Part shown: one piece after another, positions 29,263 to 42,743 of the stretch
Layout: every line of letters starts with the position of its first letter
How positions within the stretch are numbered: the first letter of the stretch is position 1
NCBI RefSeq assembly: GCF_001194135.2
Contig: NC_068992.1
Span: 4,727,493-4,791,492 of the forward strand
Length of the DNA: 64,000 bases
Source of the DNA: Octopus bimaculoides
Lineage: Eukaryota
Direction of reading: 5' to 3'
Notes under the pieces: generated by a model
Databases searched by the model: none
What the model saw: only the letters and a program-made list of their open reading frames with translations
Told to the model about the DNA's origin: nothing
Made by a program: the position numbers and the translations under genes

Positions 29263-30795
29263 TGGCTATGTAAAACATTTGTTTATAATTTGTGATTTTT
29301 TTGTTTTGCGCTTGCAAAATACATTTTTTTTTTACATTAATGTATAACTTAAGGAAATACTCTATTGATAAGACTGTACGTGTATAAGTTTGCCTAGGAA
29401 TACATTATGATATGTCTTTAACAATTAAAATGTCATGGATTCGATATAGAGCTGTGACTCCTACAACAAATCACTAATAACGAATGTTAGAAAGAAAGCA
29501 ACTGCTGTAAAATAATTCCAAGTGTTGTAGGAATTAGATATCATTCATAAAATTACACCATTTATAGTAAGATATTATATTGAATATAACTTGTAATATA
29601 AATTCTTATGCATTTATTTTGGTTTCAGATACATTTTTGCGCAGAGAGCTGATTAAATACGTTGTTGTTGTTCATAGAATGAATGGAAACTTTTTAAAAA
29701 AGCATTTGAATAGTTTTCATTTAGTCTTCCACTTTTTCTGTTACTAATGAAAAAAAGTAGTAGAAAAATTATAACATTCGGAGAAGGAAATATCAAAGTC
29801 TCGCCAGCTCGGTGATGTTTTAGTGAAGACGCCATGGTGGCCACAAAATGAAAGAACATTGAACAAGCAACTGTCTGAGAAAATTATAATATAATCAAAG
29901 TAATACTTAATAACGAGCCTACAAAAAAATTTTAAATGCAACATATCATATGAAATCTATGAAGAGAAACATACGTCGAATCACTGTTATTCATTTTTCA
30001 TTATTATTTTAAGTAATAATTATAACGTTTGATGTGTAATCTAAGAAATCTGCAACATACTTAATAATTCAGATTTCAGTTTTTACATGTCCAGCTGTTT
30101 CATTTCATCAAAGGATTAAAGAAATCAACTATTATTTATTTAGATGGAAACATACCTGATCTTTGATACAACACAGGTAACGTTTTCTGTAAGAGAAAAT
30201 CGACATATATTTAAAAGAAAAAATTATTTCTTTTTCTTATTTTCAAGTGTTTGCTCCATCTCGTTTTTCTTGTAGAGAAAGACAATCTTTTTAGGTTGAT
30301 AAACCATGATTATAGGTAGATGACCAGAAAACCATTTGTCAGTAGGTGCTAAAATGACTGTATGATTCAGACTTCAACCCATATTTCTAAAACTATAATT
30401 AATTCAAAGTTTTCAACCGAGTAAAGTATGCAACATTTGGTAAACCAATTTTGTTAATTCATAACTTTTAAATGCAAAGACATTAATCATAACATACAGT
30501 ATACAACATTGAATTTAATGGAACTTCTTAACTTGTTTTATCATGAGTATATTTCTATCGCTTTGCTTTAGAAAACTTAGAGATTGTAAATGGAATAGAT
30601 TATGCAAGGATTCGAAGCAGATTTCCTTGATCGTTATCGCTTTCATTCGTTCAGCGTCGATAAATTCGTCCAAACTTTTGGGCCTTTTGCTGAAATTTGA
30701 AACGAATAATAAATTGATAGTTAACAAAATCACAGAAAACATTGACGCAATTTTTAATTGTTGATTCTTCAATAACGGATGTTTGTCGATATCTG

Positions 30796-31508
30796 TGGGT
30801 GCCACGTCTTGTGACAGTTGGTCAAAAGCGCACCAGGCTCATCACAGTATGGGAAAACTCTCACATTGTTAGAGGCACATCCAGATGATTTCCTTGAACT
30901 TTCCTAACGAGGAATGATTGTTGGACTCATCAACTTGAAATGAAGAGACAATGAATGCAATGGAATCTCTCTCCTCACGTCCTCTAAACTAATGCAAGGT
31001 TTTCCAATCTGAACGGAAGGGGATGATCTCAGTTTTTGAGAGATGCAAAAGGCATTGTGTTGGTTGATAATCTTCAAAATGGCCACAATACCAATAGAGT
31101 GCACCATACCAGTTTCCGGACGCGAAGAAACACTAAAAAAATATTGACGGATGTGGTCTTGATTCATCAGGATAATCAGCACACAAATACATCGATTCAA
31201 AGCCGCTGTATGAGTGTGTCTTTCAACTGGTTGATTAGATTGACTCTAATCGTGAATTGGTCCTTATCTCACTATTGTCTTTCCTCCAGCATGAAGAAAA
31301 CACATCGCTAGAACCAGTATTGCAGTTATGAATGCAACCTTTCTGTTGTCGATAAACAGCTTCTTCACAAATGAGATCCAAGCACTGCAACATCGATGAA
31401 GGAAGTGTGTGGACAGCAAGGAGGACAAAGTTAAAAACAAAACCATATTTGGTCATACTGCATCAAAATATCTTGCGCAGTCTATGAACCTTGCAGTGAA
31501 CCTTCCTA
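30796..31508 (+). mobile_element. Decayed mariner (DD34D-type) transposase with right TIR
   Basis: Across frameshifts and stops it reads WVPRLVTVGQKRTRLIT / LTLLEAHPDDFLE / FLTRNDCWTH..KRQ*MQW / DAKGIVLVD / VLIHQDN / QALQHR*RKCVDSKED. It ends in TIR-like CTATGAACCTTGCAGTGAACCTTCC|TA. WVPxL and HxDN are established mariner motifs. Confidence 0.9.
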
Positions 31509-31545
31509 CAAACACACACTCACACATACAAATACAGTATATATG

Positions 31546-31587
<42 letters not shown>

Positions 31588-32697
31588 TNNNNNNNNNNNN
31601 NNNNNNNNNNNNNNNNNNNNNNNNNNNNNNNNNNNNNNNNNNNNNNNNNNNNNNNNNNNNNNNNNNNNNNNNNNNNNNNNNNNNNNNNNNNNNNNNNNNN
31701 NNNNNNNNNNNNNNNNNNNNNNNNNNNNNNNNNNNNNNNNNNNNNNNNNNNNNNNNNNNNNNNNNNNNNNNNNNNNNNNNNNNNNNNNNNNNNNNNNNNN
31801 NNNNNNNNNNNNNNNNNNNNNNNNNNNNNNNNNNNNNNNNNNNNNNNNNNNNNNNNNNNNNNNNNNNNNNNNNNNNNNNNNNNNNNNNNNNNNNNNNNNN
31901 NNNNNNNNNNNNNNNNNNNNNNNNNNNNNNNNNNNNNNNNNNNNNNNNNNNNNNNNNNNNNNNNNNNNNNNNNNNNNNNNNNNNNNNNNNNNNNNNNNNN
32001 NNNNNNNNNNNNNNNNNNNNNNNNNNNNNNNNNNNNNNNNNNNNNNNNNNNNNNNNNNNNNNNNNNNNNNNNNNNNNNNNNNNNNNNNNNNNNNNNNNNN
32101 NNNNNNNNNNNNNNNNNNNNNNNNNNNNNNNNNNNNNNNNNNNNNNNNNNNNNNNNNNNNNNNNNNNNNNNNNNNNNNNNNNNNNNNNNNNNNNNNNNNN
32201 NNNTATATATATATATATATATATATTTGTACATACAGACACATTTCTTGCCCTAGTCTTTTCTTTTAATGTCAGTATTAACATGCTTTGAAAGTTTGCA
32301 CACAATTTGAATAAATAATTGATGAAGTCTATTACTGTCTATATTAAAGACCTTGTTTGAGGGAAAAAGACTTTCGTTTTATGCTGAATTCATATATTAT
32401 AGATTGTTTAAATCTGAGAAACAAATGTGTTTCAATGCTGTAATTATTTTTATTGTCGACAACACAATATACTTTTGGATCGTTTTCCTTACATACTAAC
32501 CATTAGTATTTTGTAATTCTGAATGAGACGGGATATTTTGATTTTGCACCGAGTGAATATTATCTACATGTTCTCTAAATGAGAGCATTTTTGAAAGTGA
32601 ACCGACTGGGTAGGACTCAATCATTTGCTTTGATGACTGTTAATACCTGACATAAATTTCTCAACGTATATGCTGTCATAATAAGATACCTGATATA

Positions 32698-32914
32698 TGA
32701 GCAAGGCGCTGAAAAGTTCTTGGCTTTGAGGGTATTACGAAAGACTTGGGGAAAGCTCAAAGCTCTGTGTTCTTTTATATTCGTTAGAATAACTGAAGGA
32801 CCGCTACAATATATGTGTGAATGTAACTGGGTGATATGTTGAATAAAATCAAAATTTATTGATCCTCCTGTATTCTCTTTTATTCAAAACCAGGAACTTT
32901 TCCTCTCCGTCTCG
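32698..32914 (+). mobile_element. Mariner-derived non-autonomous element (MITE), TA-flanked
   Basis: Imperfect TIRs TGAGCAAGGCGCTGAAAAGTTCTTGGCTTT and AAAACCAGGAACTTTTCCTCTCCGTCTCG with TA on both sides. The interior keeps a transposase C-terminal remnant, LKDRYNICVNVTG*YVE*. Confidence 0.8.
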
Positions 32915-34201
32915 TAATGTAGTCTTCGATACAATATCTTTTATAATTAAAATTAGTATGTCTGCAACTTGGACGCCTTTTCATTTGCATGATGTACAGT
33001 TCAGCTTTCCTTTGTGTTTTATGTGGTAGTTAATAGAGAATCTTAAATTTTTTGTGACATTTTTATTAATGAGTTTTTTCATACTTGTGTGTTTGCTACA
33101 TTAAACATTGGTGTTCAAATATAAAACAAAATATTTGGGTCACATTTGAAATCACGAGAAATATTTTAAATATTTTCTTTCACGTCAATTGTCGTTCATC
33201 AATTCATTCAAATTTCCCAACACTTACATGCATCACGTTTCATATTATACTTTAATTCATGCGAATATTCAATTTGTTACTTCAATGTATTAATCTAGCG
33301 TTCATTTTGCGTTCAACAAATATTTATTTGCCGGACATACCTTCATCAAATTTAAATATAAAACATTTTTATCCATAATTCCCATGTCACCCTTGTTCAG
33401 GCAGTTTTATGACTACACTTTGTAATTCAATAAAAGGTGTCCTTAACTGCTTTCAGACAACAGAATATGTGTTGGGTGGAATTTATCAGCAATTGCAACC
33501 ATCTCAGGTGACACAGTATAAAATCCCCGGTATGCTTCCGCGTACATTTGCTATATATATTTGTAAGGCATATGTGACAGCTACGTTGCTGTTCTAATCT
33601 TAGGACGGTATTTTCAGTTTTATTTTATGTATTAATGTTATCGTACAGAGAAATCCTACAACAATCATGCCTAGTGCCCGTACAACACGGAAATGCTTCC
33701 CATTGGCTGAAAAATAAATTGATAATTAAAAAGCAATATTGTTACCATTTCTTAGAAGAAACACCAAATAATAACATACACTTGTTGAATTTACATTTAG
33801 AATACGAATAACATTATTCATTATTCCATTTGTTGGGTGATATCAAGATTCGTTGGGAATATTTGCAATATTTGTTTTACTCATGTTGATATTTGTTTGA
33901 ATCGAACCGACGTTGTGAATGAAATATATATATATATAGGCAAAATTAATAGGGTTCACAAAAGTGGCAGAGATTACTGACTAGCAGCGATTTTTCTAAA
34001 GATAAGTGTTACAATATCTCAACAGCCACAAAATCATTGCCTTAATGATTGACAAAGGGACATGAGAGCCCAGCATACATAACTAAATCACGATTTCTGA
34101 TTTTGATGCAGACCATCATTTAATCCTCATCAGCATCTCCTAACGCCTACTGTTCAATTCAGCTACCTCTGTTAGTCTTATAGGAAAAATTGCTGATTTT
34201 C

Positions 34202-34372
34202 AAAACGGTAAATGTGTAAACAACAAATTTTAAAAATTCAAAAGTGTGCTTTATTTGTCAGTAACCTCTGTCGCTCTTGTGACCTCTATTAATTTTGCCT
34301 TTAGTTTCTAAATACAAAGAAGCCGCCCTCTTTAGTTTTTCTTTAATATGTTGCTTACACATTTACCGTTTT
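34202..34372. repeat. 24-bp inverted repeat enclosing 123 bp
   Basis: AAAACGGTAAATGTGTAAACAACA (34202-34225) vs the reverse complement of 34349-34372, AAAACGGTAAATGTGTAAGCAACA: 23/24. Confidence 0.9.
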
Positions 34373-35939
34373 ATTTTCAACGTTTTTTTTTTATTAGATT
34401 GACAACTGAAGCCTGGGATGAAAAGTATTCAACATCCAGCACATATAGCGTTGTACATACATGCACACACATACACACACAAACACACACATATATCTAT
34501 ATAAGTACATCTAAATAAACACATCTTTCTGCACAGCACAATTACGCAAACATAACTTAATACACTTGACCATATTTTAAAGCCAATATTTATAAAGAAC
34601 CTCCATAGATATGGTGATCCGACAGTGAACTGGTTCCATTAATTTCTAAAGAATTGTAGCATAGGATATACAAATATCTCTTATGAAACGTTAGAAAAAT
34701 TCTTAGGGAAAATATTTCATGCTGTTCTCCGAGGACATACGAAAAAAAAAAAATCAAATGTCCAATTGTAAAGGGATTGAAATGACATGACTACACGACC
34801 TTTAAAAGCACTTTAGTGACTTTAGCATCAAATGTAAAAGTGTTTTAAGTTGAATAAACCTTTTCCTGTCATCTTGTATCACGTTGGAAAACTACACTGC
34901 AAGTTGATGTCAGTTTTAGCTGCAGTAAAACCAGTGACACTGACGGACGCTACAGATGCAGCAACTAGCAACTGCATCGGCAATGAAATCAATAATAACA
35001 ATAATAACAAACACCAACACCGCCAATGCCACCCCTCCTCCCCTCCTCCCNNNNNNNNNNNNNNNNNNNNNNNNNNNNNNNNNNNNNNNNNNNNNNNNNN
35101 NNNNNNNNNNNNNNNCCTCCTCCTCCTCCTCCTCCAATACAACATCAACAGCGACAATAATAATACTAATATAATCACTACAACAAGAAATATAATTGAA
35201 TATTTCTTTAGAATATACATATATTTTATTATCAAGACTATTTTTTTAGATTGTATATTCTTTGAAAAAGCTGTACTGCGAGGCTCAGTTCTCGACTTTA
35301 TTCAATGCACTTTTTCCCTCTATTTTCAATATATTATGTAGGATGAACAGAGAAATGAATGCGAAGAATTTCTATGAAGGAATTGTTTTATAATGGATGG
35401 TAATGGAGTGCTATTATTGACAGTTGAGATATGTTTGTGTAGGCATTAATGGTAATTCTTCCATATTACTCAGAATTGTCAATTTGTTTGTCCTCGTATT
35501 CGTGTTCTGCCCGTAAGCGATTTTCTGTTCTACAATATCTCAATGCTAAGAGATAGCTATGCTTCTCATTAAACAAGTATCATTGGTTTCGTATGAAAAG
35601 AGAAAGCAAAACAAGAGAGAAACAAAACAAGAATTAGGAGACGGAGATTGCTGTACAGTGAATATACGAGAAATATAAATTGAAGAAAGAGAGTAAAATA
35701 GAGTGAGAGAAAGAGAGAGAGAACGCAAGAGATAATGTTTGAGTGAAAGAACAGAAAAATACATGAAAACAGAGAGTGTGTTTATGGCTATGGGAATTAT
35801 GCAAAATGACAGACCATCTATCTGAAGGGAGCTTGTATACATATTTCTGAGGTGAAAAATTCTTCGTACATTTACAAATCTCTATTGGCAGAAACACATT
35901 TACATTCACACACATATAGGAACATAGCTACACATACGA

Positions 35940-36140
35940 AAACACACACACACACGCATACACACACACACACATACACACACACGCACACACACACACG
36001 CACGCACACATACACACACACACACACACACACGCCTACACAGACACACGCAGACACACACATACACACACACAAAAACACACACACACACACACAAACA
36101 CAAACACACACAATCAGACGCACACAAAAAAACACATACA
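35940..36140. repeat. Degenerate (CA)n tract
   Basis: Direct reading. Confidence 0.95.
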
Positions 36141-36760
36141 CACGGAGAAACGAAAGGAATGGAAATAAGCCTGAATAGACGGCTTATTACAAGTGTGTAC
36201 TTCAATGAGCACACTTGAGATTAGCCTGCACAGACACAATCATATAAGCATATATATATAAAAACATATACGGTTATTCATGCCTATATTTTACCACTCA
36301 TATATATATATTTGTATTTAGTTTATAGATCCAATATGTATAGAATCAACAAAAAAGTACTCCATACTTCACATACACATACACTAACACATATATGCTG
36401 TCCCATATATGAGTCTGTGTGTAATTACGCTACCATATTTGGTATTCTTACGATGAAGCTTAAACGTGAAAAGAACTTACTTCTAAATAGACATATTTAT
36501 TCAAAATCTCAAACTCGGAAGATGTGTTATTTCGCTAAAATTTCATTGAATTAATCGCACATGTAAACCGCCCAAGCAAAATGTACTGATGCAAGGATGT
36601 TTACACATGAATATGTGAGAGACGGGTTAAGAGACGTTTGTTTGTTGAAACTGTTCCGTGTGGTTAGAATAAAGTAATCGAAAACCATTCACTAAGCATT
36701 TCCTGCTGCAAACTATCCTACTGGGATAGTCATAACATGTAAAAAAAAAGAAGATAGCTG

Positions 36761-36762
<2 letters not shown>

Positions 36763-36822
<60 letters not shown>
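36763..36822. repeat. (GT)n microsatellite
   Basis: Direct reading. Confidence 0.97.
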
Positions 36823-36824
<2 letters not shown>

Positions 36825-38452
36825 TAAATTTACAAAGGACGCATTAAACGGCTTTACGTATTATTTTGACTGTTTTTTTTACAACCACTCTTAGTAAATG
36901 AATGAAAAAATTATTTATGCCCAGTTCTTTAATCCAAAATGCTGTTAATTTATTTATACAATGGTTTCAATTGATGAGAATGAACTTCCAATTTTAGATA
37001 TCAATGTGTATCAATATGAATATATGGTCTTTCATGAACATCCATGTGTTGTTAATGGAGTGATAGTTCCATTATTGTTATAAATATTTGCAGACGGACC
37101 AAATTAATATTGTTGAATGAAGAACTATCTCTGGCGAGAAAAAAATCAACAACGCATGTGTTCCAATGAAGAATGTTCTTGCAGTGTGTTTAAGATAACA
37201 AATATAATACAAAAACGAATAAAACGAATGAAGAAAATAGGAAATACATTCGCTAATTTCACGACAGTGCCAAGTGCAGAGAATCCTTTTGTGGCCTGTT
37301 AAGTGAATGTTTGAGAAGCTAACGTGGTTAAACAAATGTTTGTGCATGGAACAGCTGTAGTAAACAAATGGTGTGATTAATGGAGTCTCAGTCGTGACAT
37401 GCCTGAATATATGTCTTCGTTATTCAAGATTAGGGACCTATGGCGGAATATGATGATTTGGTTGTTAATTCTAGCATCTTATTTTTAGCCCCGGGCTGAT
37501 GATATAAGCAACTGAAGATATGCTATGTGGCCTGTGAGGAAATTAAATATCAAATTCTGGAAGATCAAGAAACCTCGTGAAATCTAATTTTACTCGTATC
37601 CTAATGCATATTTGACCGAGTGTTAATCTATTTTTTCTATATCATAATCCACCACGAAATAAGTAAAGAAATATCGAATACAATATGCAGTATCAATTTA
37701 GCAATAAGCTTCTCACTTTCTTAAATTATAGGAAACACTGACAATGTAACGAAATCCCGTGGGCAGATTCACGAATTAAGCCAAAAAAAAAACACCGCGT
37801 TAGCCAATAAAATACAACGCAATGAAATAAAAAAAAAACTTCATTACCAGTTTCGTAGAATGTGCTTTGTTACACTGATTCTCTGATGTATTAAGGAGAA
37901 ATCAGTTATATATAATATAGATGACACATTTCAGTGCCTTCAAAACTAATCGGAAGAAATTCCAACTGGGCAAAATATAACTCAGATACAAAGTAAATGA
38001 ACCCCAAGATCAAGAGGTATTGTTACACTTAGTGGAACATATCTAACCAGTGATTTTGATTTTAATTCAGTTTTGTATTTGCTTCGCAAAATTTTTTATG
38101 TGAATTCGTGTGTTGTAACAAATCCAGTTGAGTCTTGGAAGGGTTATTTTGGTCATGAAAACAACATACAAACTGTTTCAATACCACTTCTTTTTTGTTA
38201 GATAATTCGTTAACTACCTTACCAACTAACTCATCGACTGTTTGCTTAATACGGCGGTTAAACAATCAGGTAATGGTTAGTCTTGACTTGTTGATTGCTT
38301 AACCAGCACACTAAAGAAACGATAGCTTACTTAATCGGTTATATATACAAACAATCGAATAACAAAAACAAAGTAATACTAAACTAGTGATTGTATTATT
38401 ATTATTGGCGTAATCACAGAGACACAGCACGAATTGGTTTCTTACAAAATAG

Positions 38453-38513
38453 AGAAGTCACTCAGTATCTATGCGGCGATTGAAAACTACACGAAAGACA
38501 CACATTCCATCAG
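38453..38513 (+). CDS. Candidate exon, 61 nt (KSLSIYAAIENYTKDTHSI); alternative acceptor at 38420
   Basis: Strong donor CAG|GTGAGT at 38513/38514 and a moderate acceptor. The open phase 1-2 frame joins in frame to the 42486 candidate. Confidence 0.25.
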
Positions 38514-38711
38514 GTGAGTAAGATACCACGGCATAAAGATATCTTTCTATACACATAGTAACTCAGGCGTAATGGAATACGTGACTGTTATCCTATAGTG
38601 GTAGCTGTCATATCTGCGGTCGATTCAAATTCACGTTCCACAAGAAGTAGTTTATAATGCACACACACACATGAATTATTCGCTTAGATATAGCGTGGGT
38701 ATGCGTCGGGC

Positions 38712-38830
<119 letters not shown>

Positions 38831-39117
38831 AGAGAACGCGTATGTGTGTGATATTTCCCATGAGCGTATATAATATATCGTATAGAACATGCATCCAGAT
38901 AATGTGATTCAATACCAACATAACGTATTTGTGGCTCGGTAGAATTTTTGATATCCTTTTCCTTAAAATCTGAACACAAGTTATTTTGCTTCGTATTCTA
39001 AAAACTTCTCAGTATGGATACCGCCAAAGATCATAAGGATAATTCTTCCATTTGCGTACCTATATAAGTGTGTAACATACTTATTAATAGTTTCATCTGC
39101 GTGTTTACTTCATTTTC

Positions 39118-39168
<51 letters not shown>

Positions 39169-39644
39169 TTATTTATTTATTTATTTATGATTATAACAAT
39201 AAACGGAAATGCGACCAAAGCTATTTATACACACAGAATGGTATCAATTACCACATAGATAATATTGGTCGGTTCATTATTATAGTGTTTTTTTCCTCCA
39301 CATTATGTAGTTACTCTAACATATATGACTGTGTAGTTTTGGATTCAGAAATGGTTTAACATGATATGGAAATGGAGTACAATATTTAATCCAGGCTTAC
39401 ACGAGAGGAAACTGTTTCCCGTCACTTCTTACTATATCAATTGATGGCAGTGACTTAGCATTTGATTTATATCTAGATATCCGGACATTGATAAAACGTA
39501 TACATTCGGCATAATGTGAAGTTAACTCAATTGTGTATAACATACGAACTAAAACGAATAAGATTGTATGATAACATTTTCTGATATAGACGCTAACACA
39601 AATCTATGTATATATACATATACATACATACATACATGCATATA

Positions 39645-39688
<44 letters not shown>

Positions 39689-40789
39689 TNNNNNNNNNNN
39701 NNNNNNNNNNNNNNNNNNNNNNNNNNNNNNNNNNNNNNNNNNNNNNNNNNNNNNNNNNNNNNNNNNNNNNNNNNNNNNNNNNNNNNNNNNNNNNNNNNNN
39801 NNNNNNNNNNNNNNNNNNNNNNNNNNNNNNNNNNNNNNNNNNNNNNNNNNNNNNNNNNNNNNNNNNNNNNNNNNNNNNNNNNNNNNNNNNNNNNNNNNNN
39901 NNNNNNNNTATATAGATAGATAGATAACCATGATCCAGTGACTGAATTCAGTGAAGAGAAAAAAAAGTGTATGTATATTTGAATGTTTAAACTCTGATAC
40001 TGATGCGTATATAATCCATGTCATTTATATCCATATTAGGAAATGCAATATACTTATTAGATTCCTACGAAAATATAATCAGATACGGCAGGCCGGGACC
40101 TGACAAAACACTTTAGAAACAGAATATTCTATATCACTGCGAATCTAATATTTCAATATATCTCAGGTTGTGTTATATTACAGCATAATCCAATTAGCTT
40201 ATGAAGAGAAACATAGTCTCACTCCTAATACTACTCCTTGTATATAAAGCATGCTGATATGAGCAATGATACAAAATCGTTGCTGCTTTTACTGTTTCTG
40301 TTATCACTGCTTATCTTCGAATATTTCCCTTAGCTGCTTCCAGATTTATTATTTATTTATTTATGGACTCAAATCTAATTTTTCAAATGGAGTGATATTT
40401 CCATTCCTTTTTTTTTCTGGTAGAAAAAAAATATTTATTTTATTGACAAACCAACGAAGGAACTTCTGCTCCAAGCTAAGTAAAAATTCCGTTGGAAGAT
40501 TGAAGGAAAGGGAATAAAATGTAATTAATTAAAGAGATTTGTCTATTTCATTGTTTCTGTTTTTTCTTTTTATACTTTATTTGGTCCAGTTATCGGACCC
40601 CGGACACAATAGCGAAATGCCATCAAGATTTTAGCGACTTGAATCCACAACAGAACTTAATTCAATATATGGTACTCAGTCTATTTTTATCCATGCCAAA
40701 CTGCGTGCATTTCGTTAAGGACGAAGCACAAAAAGACGAACATTGGTTATCAAGTGAAGAGAGAGACGAGCACAAATACACACATGCGA

Positions 40790-40914
40790 ATCGTTTCTGT
40801 TGAAGAACGTAAGCTCGAAACGTTAAAGATTTTCTCTATTCCCGAGCGTTATACTAATACATCCATTTGTTGTTTACATCACCTGTCTTCATCTGTTGTT
40901 TTTTCGTGAATTCT

Positions 40915-40919
<5 letters not shown>
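40790..40919 (+). mobile_element. Second copy of the probable Penelope-like end fragment
   Basis: Homologous to 13534-13596; it continues to ...TTCTCCCTAT and runs directly into a (TA)n tract. Confidence 0.55.
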
Positions 40920-40959
<40 letters not shown>

Positions 40960-42485
40960 TGTGTGTGTGTGTGTGTATGTGTGTGTGTGTGTGTGCGTGT
41001 GTGTTTCCTAGTCATGACTAGGAAACATGCCTCAATCTGGTCGCTTCACGTTTACTCTAATACTCAGTATCACTTTCTGACAAGAGTTATTTAAATCATG
41101 TACAGCTGCTTTACTGATCCAAGCTTGAGGTATTTCATTAACATCGCCCTAATTTCCTTTACTTTATTAACACTCTGAATCCACGAATCCTATTTTGCGG
41201 CTGAATTTGCAACAGCAATATTTTAAAAATTAAGTTCGTTTTTATTTCACTCAAGGATAAAATTATTTTCCCACTTGGTAACTATCTCACCTATAAATAA
41301 AATACCATAGATAATCTATTATGAAATAAAACAGTTATTATGAAGTGAATAATTGGAAAAGCTTAAAGGACACAGTGTGTGTTTCAACATTTTATCCTCT
41401 TACTGTACGACTATGAGTTTCCAGCAAAGCATAAATATGTCATCATCAAATATGAAATCACCTAGGGGTGAAAAATAGCTAACATGAAATTTAAGTTGCT
41501 TAGTAGTTGTGACAAAGGAAGATCAATTGTGTTTATTTTTCTTATCAATACAACTTCCCCTAATATAAATTGTATATAATCTTCACTGCAATAAAGCTTT
41601 TGAAATGGATGCGAATAGAACATAGGTATTTCCAAACACTTCGGCTTCTGATACCCTGCAAAAATCCAACGTCCGAAATTACGCCTTCTTTAAAACGTGA
41701 CCAAGAAATTTCACAGAACAAAATCATTTAAACTATCATTAATAGACTCTTTAATTTTATTTGCATCTGATCCCAGTATACAATGCACAATAGGTGGTAC
41801 AGGGAGGAAACAAAATGATGCTTCATAATGCGCGCTTTACAAGCATGCTTTCCAAACGCACACCAATGCTCTATGTGATGTTTCACCTAAACATTTTGAT
41901 CTGAAAGTCACCTAGAAGGCATCCATTTATATGTGAATTCCAATCTGAGATGCAATGTTATAAAGCTTCACATTTCCCTCTGCTATTATTCTGATCTCAA
42001 ACGTTCTTTTTAGTATGTATCTATACAGTCGGTCATTTGTATTTATATGTAATACTCTATATGTAACTATCAAGCTAGGAAACTAGCAAGCTACAAACGT
42101 CATAGTCTTTATCTACAGCATGAGGGGATTTTAGTTCTTATTTCTAGCAATGTACGTGCTCTAACACAAATAGTCGCATTTAATGACATTTAAGAGTTTT
42201 CCTTTTTGGTAATACATTCCGCATAGCTGATTATATTAATTTTTATATACACGTGAGCGATTCGCTAAATTATCCACAAATTTTTATGGTGAATACGAAC
42301 GGATTCAGCATATCTCTATAAAATCATGTGCTTTAACTATAGGCATACAGCATTTTAGCTGTTATGTCTAGCCCGTAGGTATTCTAACACCCTTTGTCGC
42401 ATTTAGTAATATTTATAGTTTTCCTTTTAGTCAACACATTGTGCATAATTGTTTATACAAATTAGCGATTCGCTTTGTCATACAG

Positions 42486-42590
42486 AAATGTTTATGGTGA
42501 ATACATATACGCTGAGAGAGAATTAACCCTGGAATTAGTCGAGCAAGGAGTCCCTGCTGATGATGCTTTGGAAATAGCCAAAACTGATCG
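42486..42590 (+). CDS. Candidate exon, 105 nt, phase 2-2 (NVYGEYIYAERELTLELVEQGVPADDALEIAKTD)
   Basis: TTCGCTTTGTCATACAG|A...GATCG|GTCAGT. Only one of three frames is open, the peptide composition is protein-like and GC is raised locally. No family identified. Confidence 0.33.
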
Positions 42591-42712
42591 GTCAGTATAA
42601 GAAATTCTCGATCGGTGCTTTGGGCGATTGTAGTCCCTCTCAGCATATATATGTATAAGATTATGTGCTTTAACAGAGCTCTTATTTCTACCAATGTAGT
42701 GTCACACACCCG

Positions 42713-42743
<31 letters not shown>

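Noticed and set aside
30144-30176. 33-nt plus-strand exon candidate (METYLIFDTTQ)
   Set aside because: The acceptor is an AT-rich weak tract, and phase 0-0 does not fit the neighbouring candidates.
31409-32305. ORFs of 237-286 aa (likewise 59224-60134, 25536-26065, 28646-29233, 18844-19344)
   Set aside because: Their length comes from N gaps and dinucleotide repeats; they are not real ORFs.
38062-38265. 67-aa minus-strand ORF (FNRRIKQTVDELVGK...)
   Set aside because: It has a non-ATG start, no acceptor and no motif recognised.
40590-40672. Plus-strand exon candidate after a long pyrimidine tract (YRTPDTIAKCHQDFSDLNPQQNLIQYM)
   Set aside because: The donor is weak (ATG|GTACTC) and it would put the 42486 candidate out of frame.
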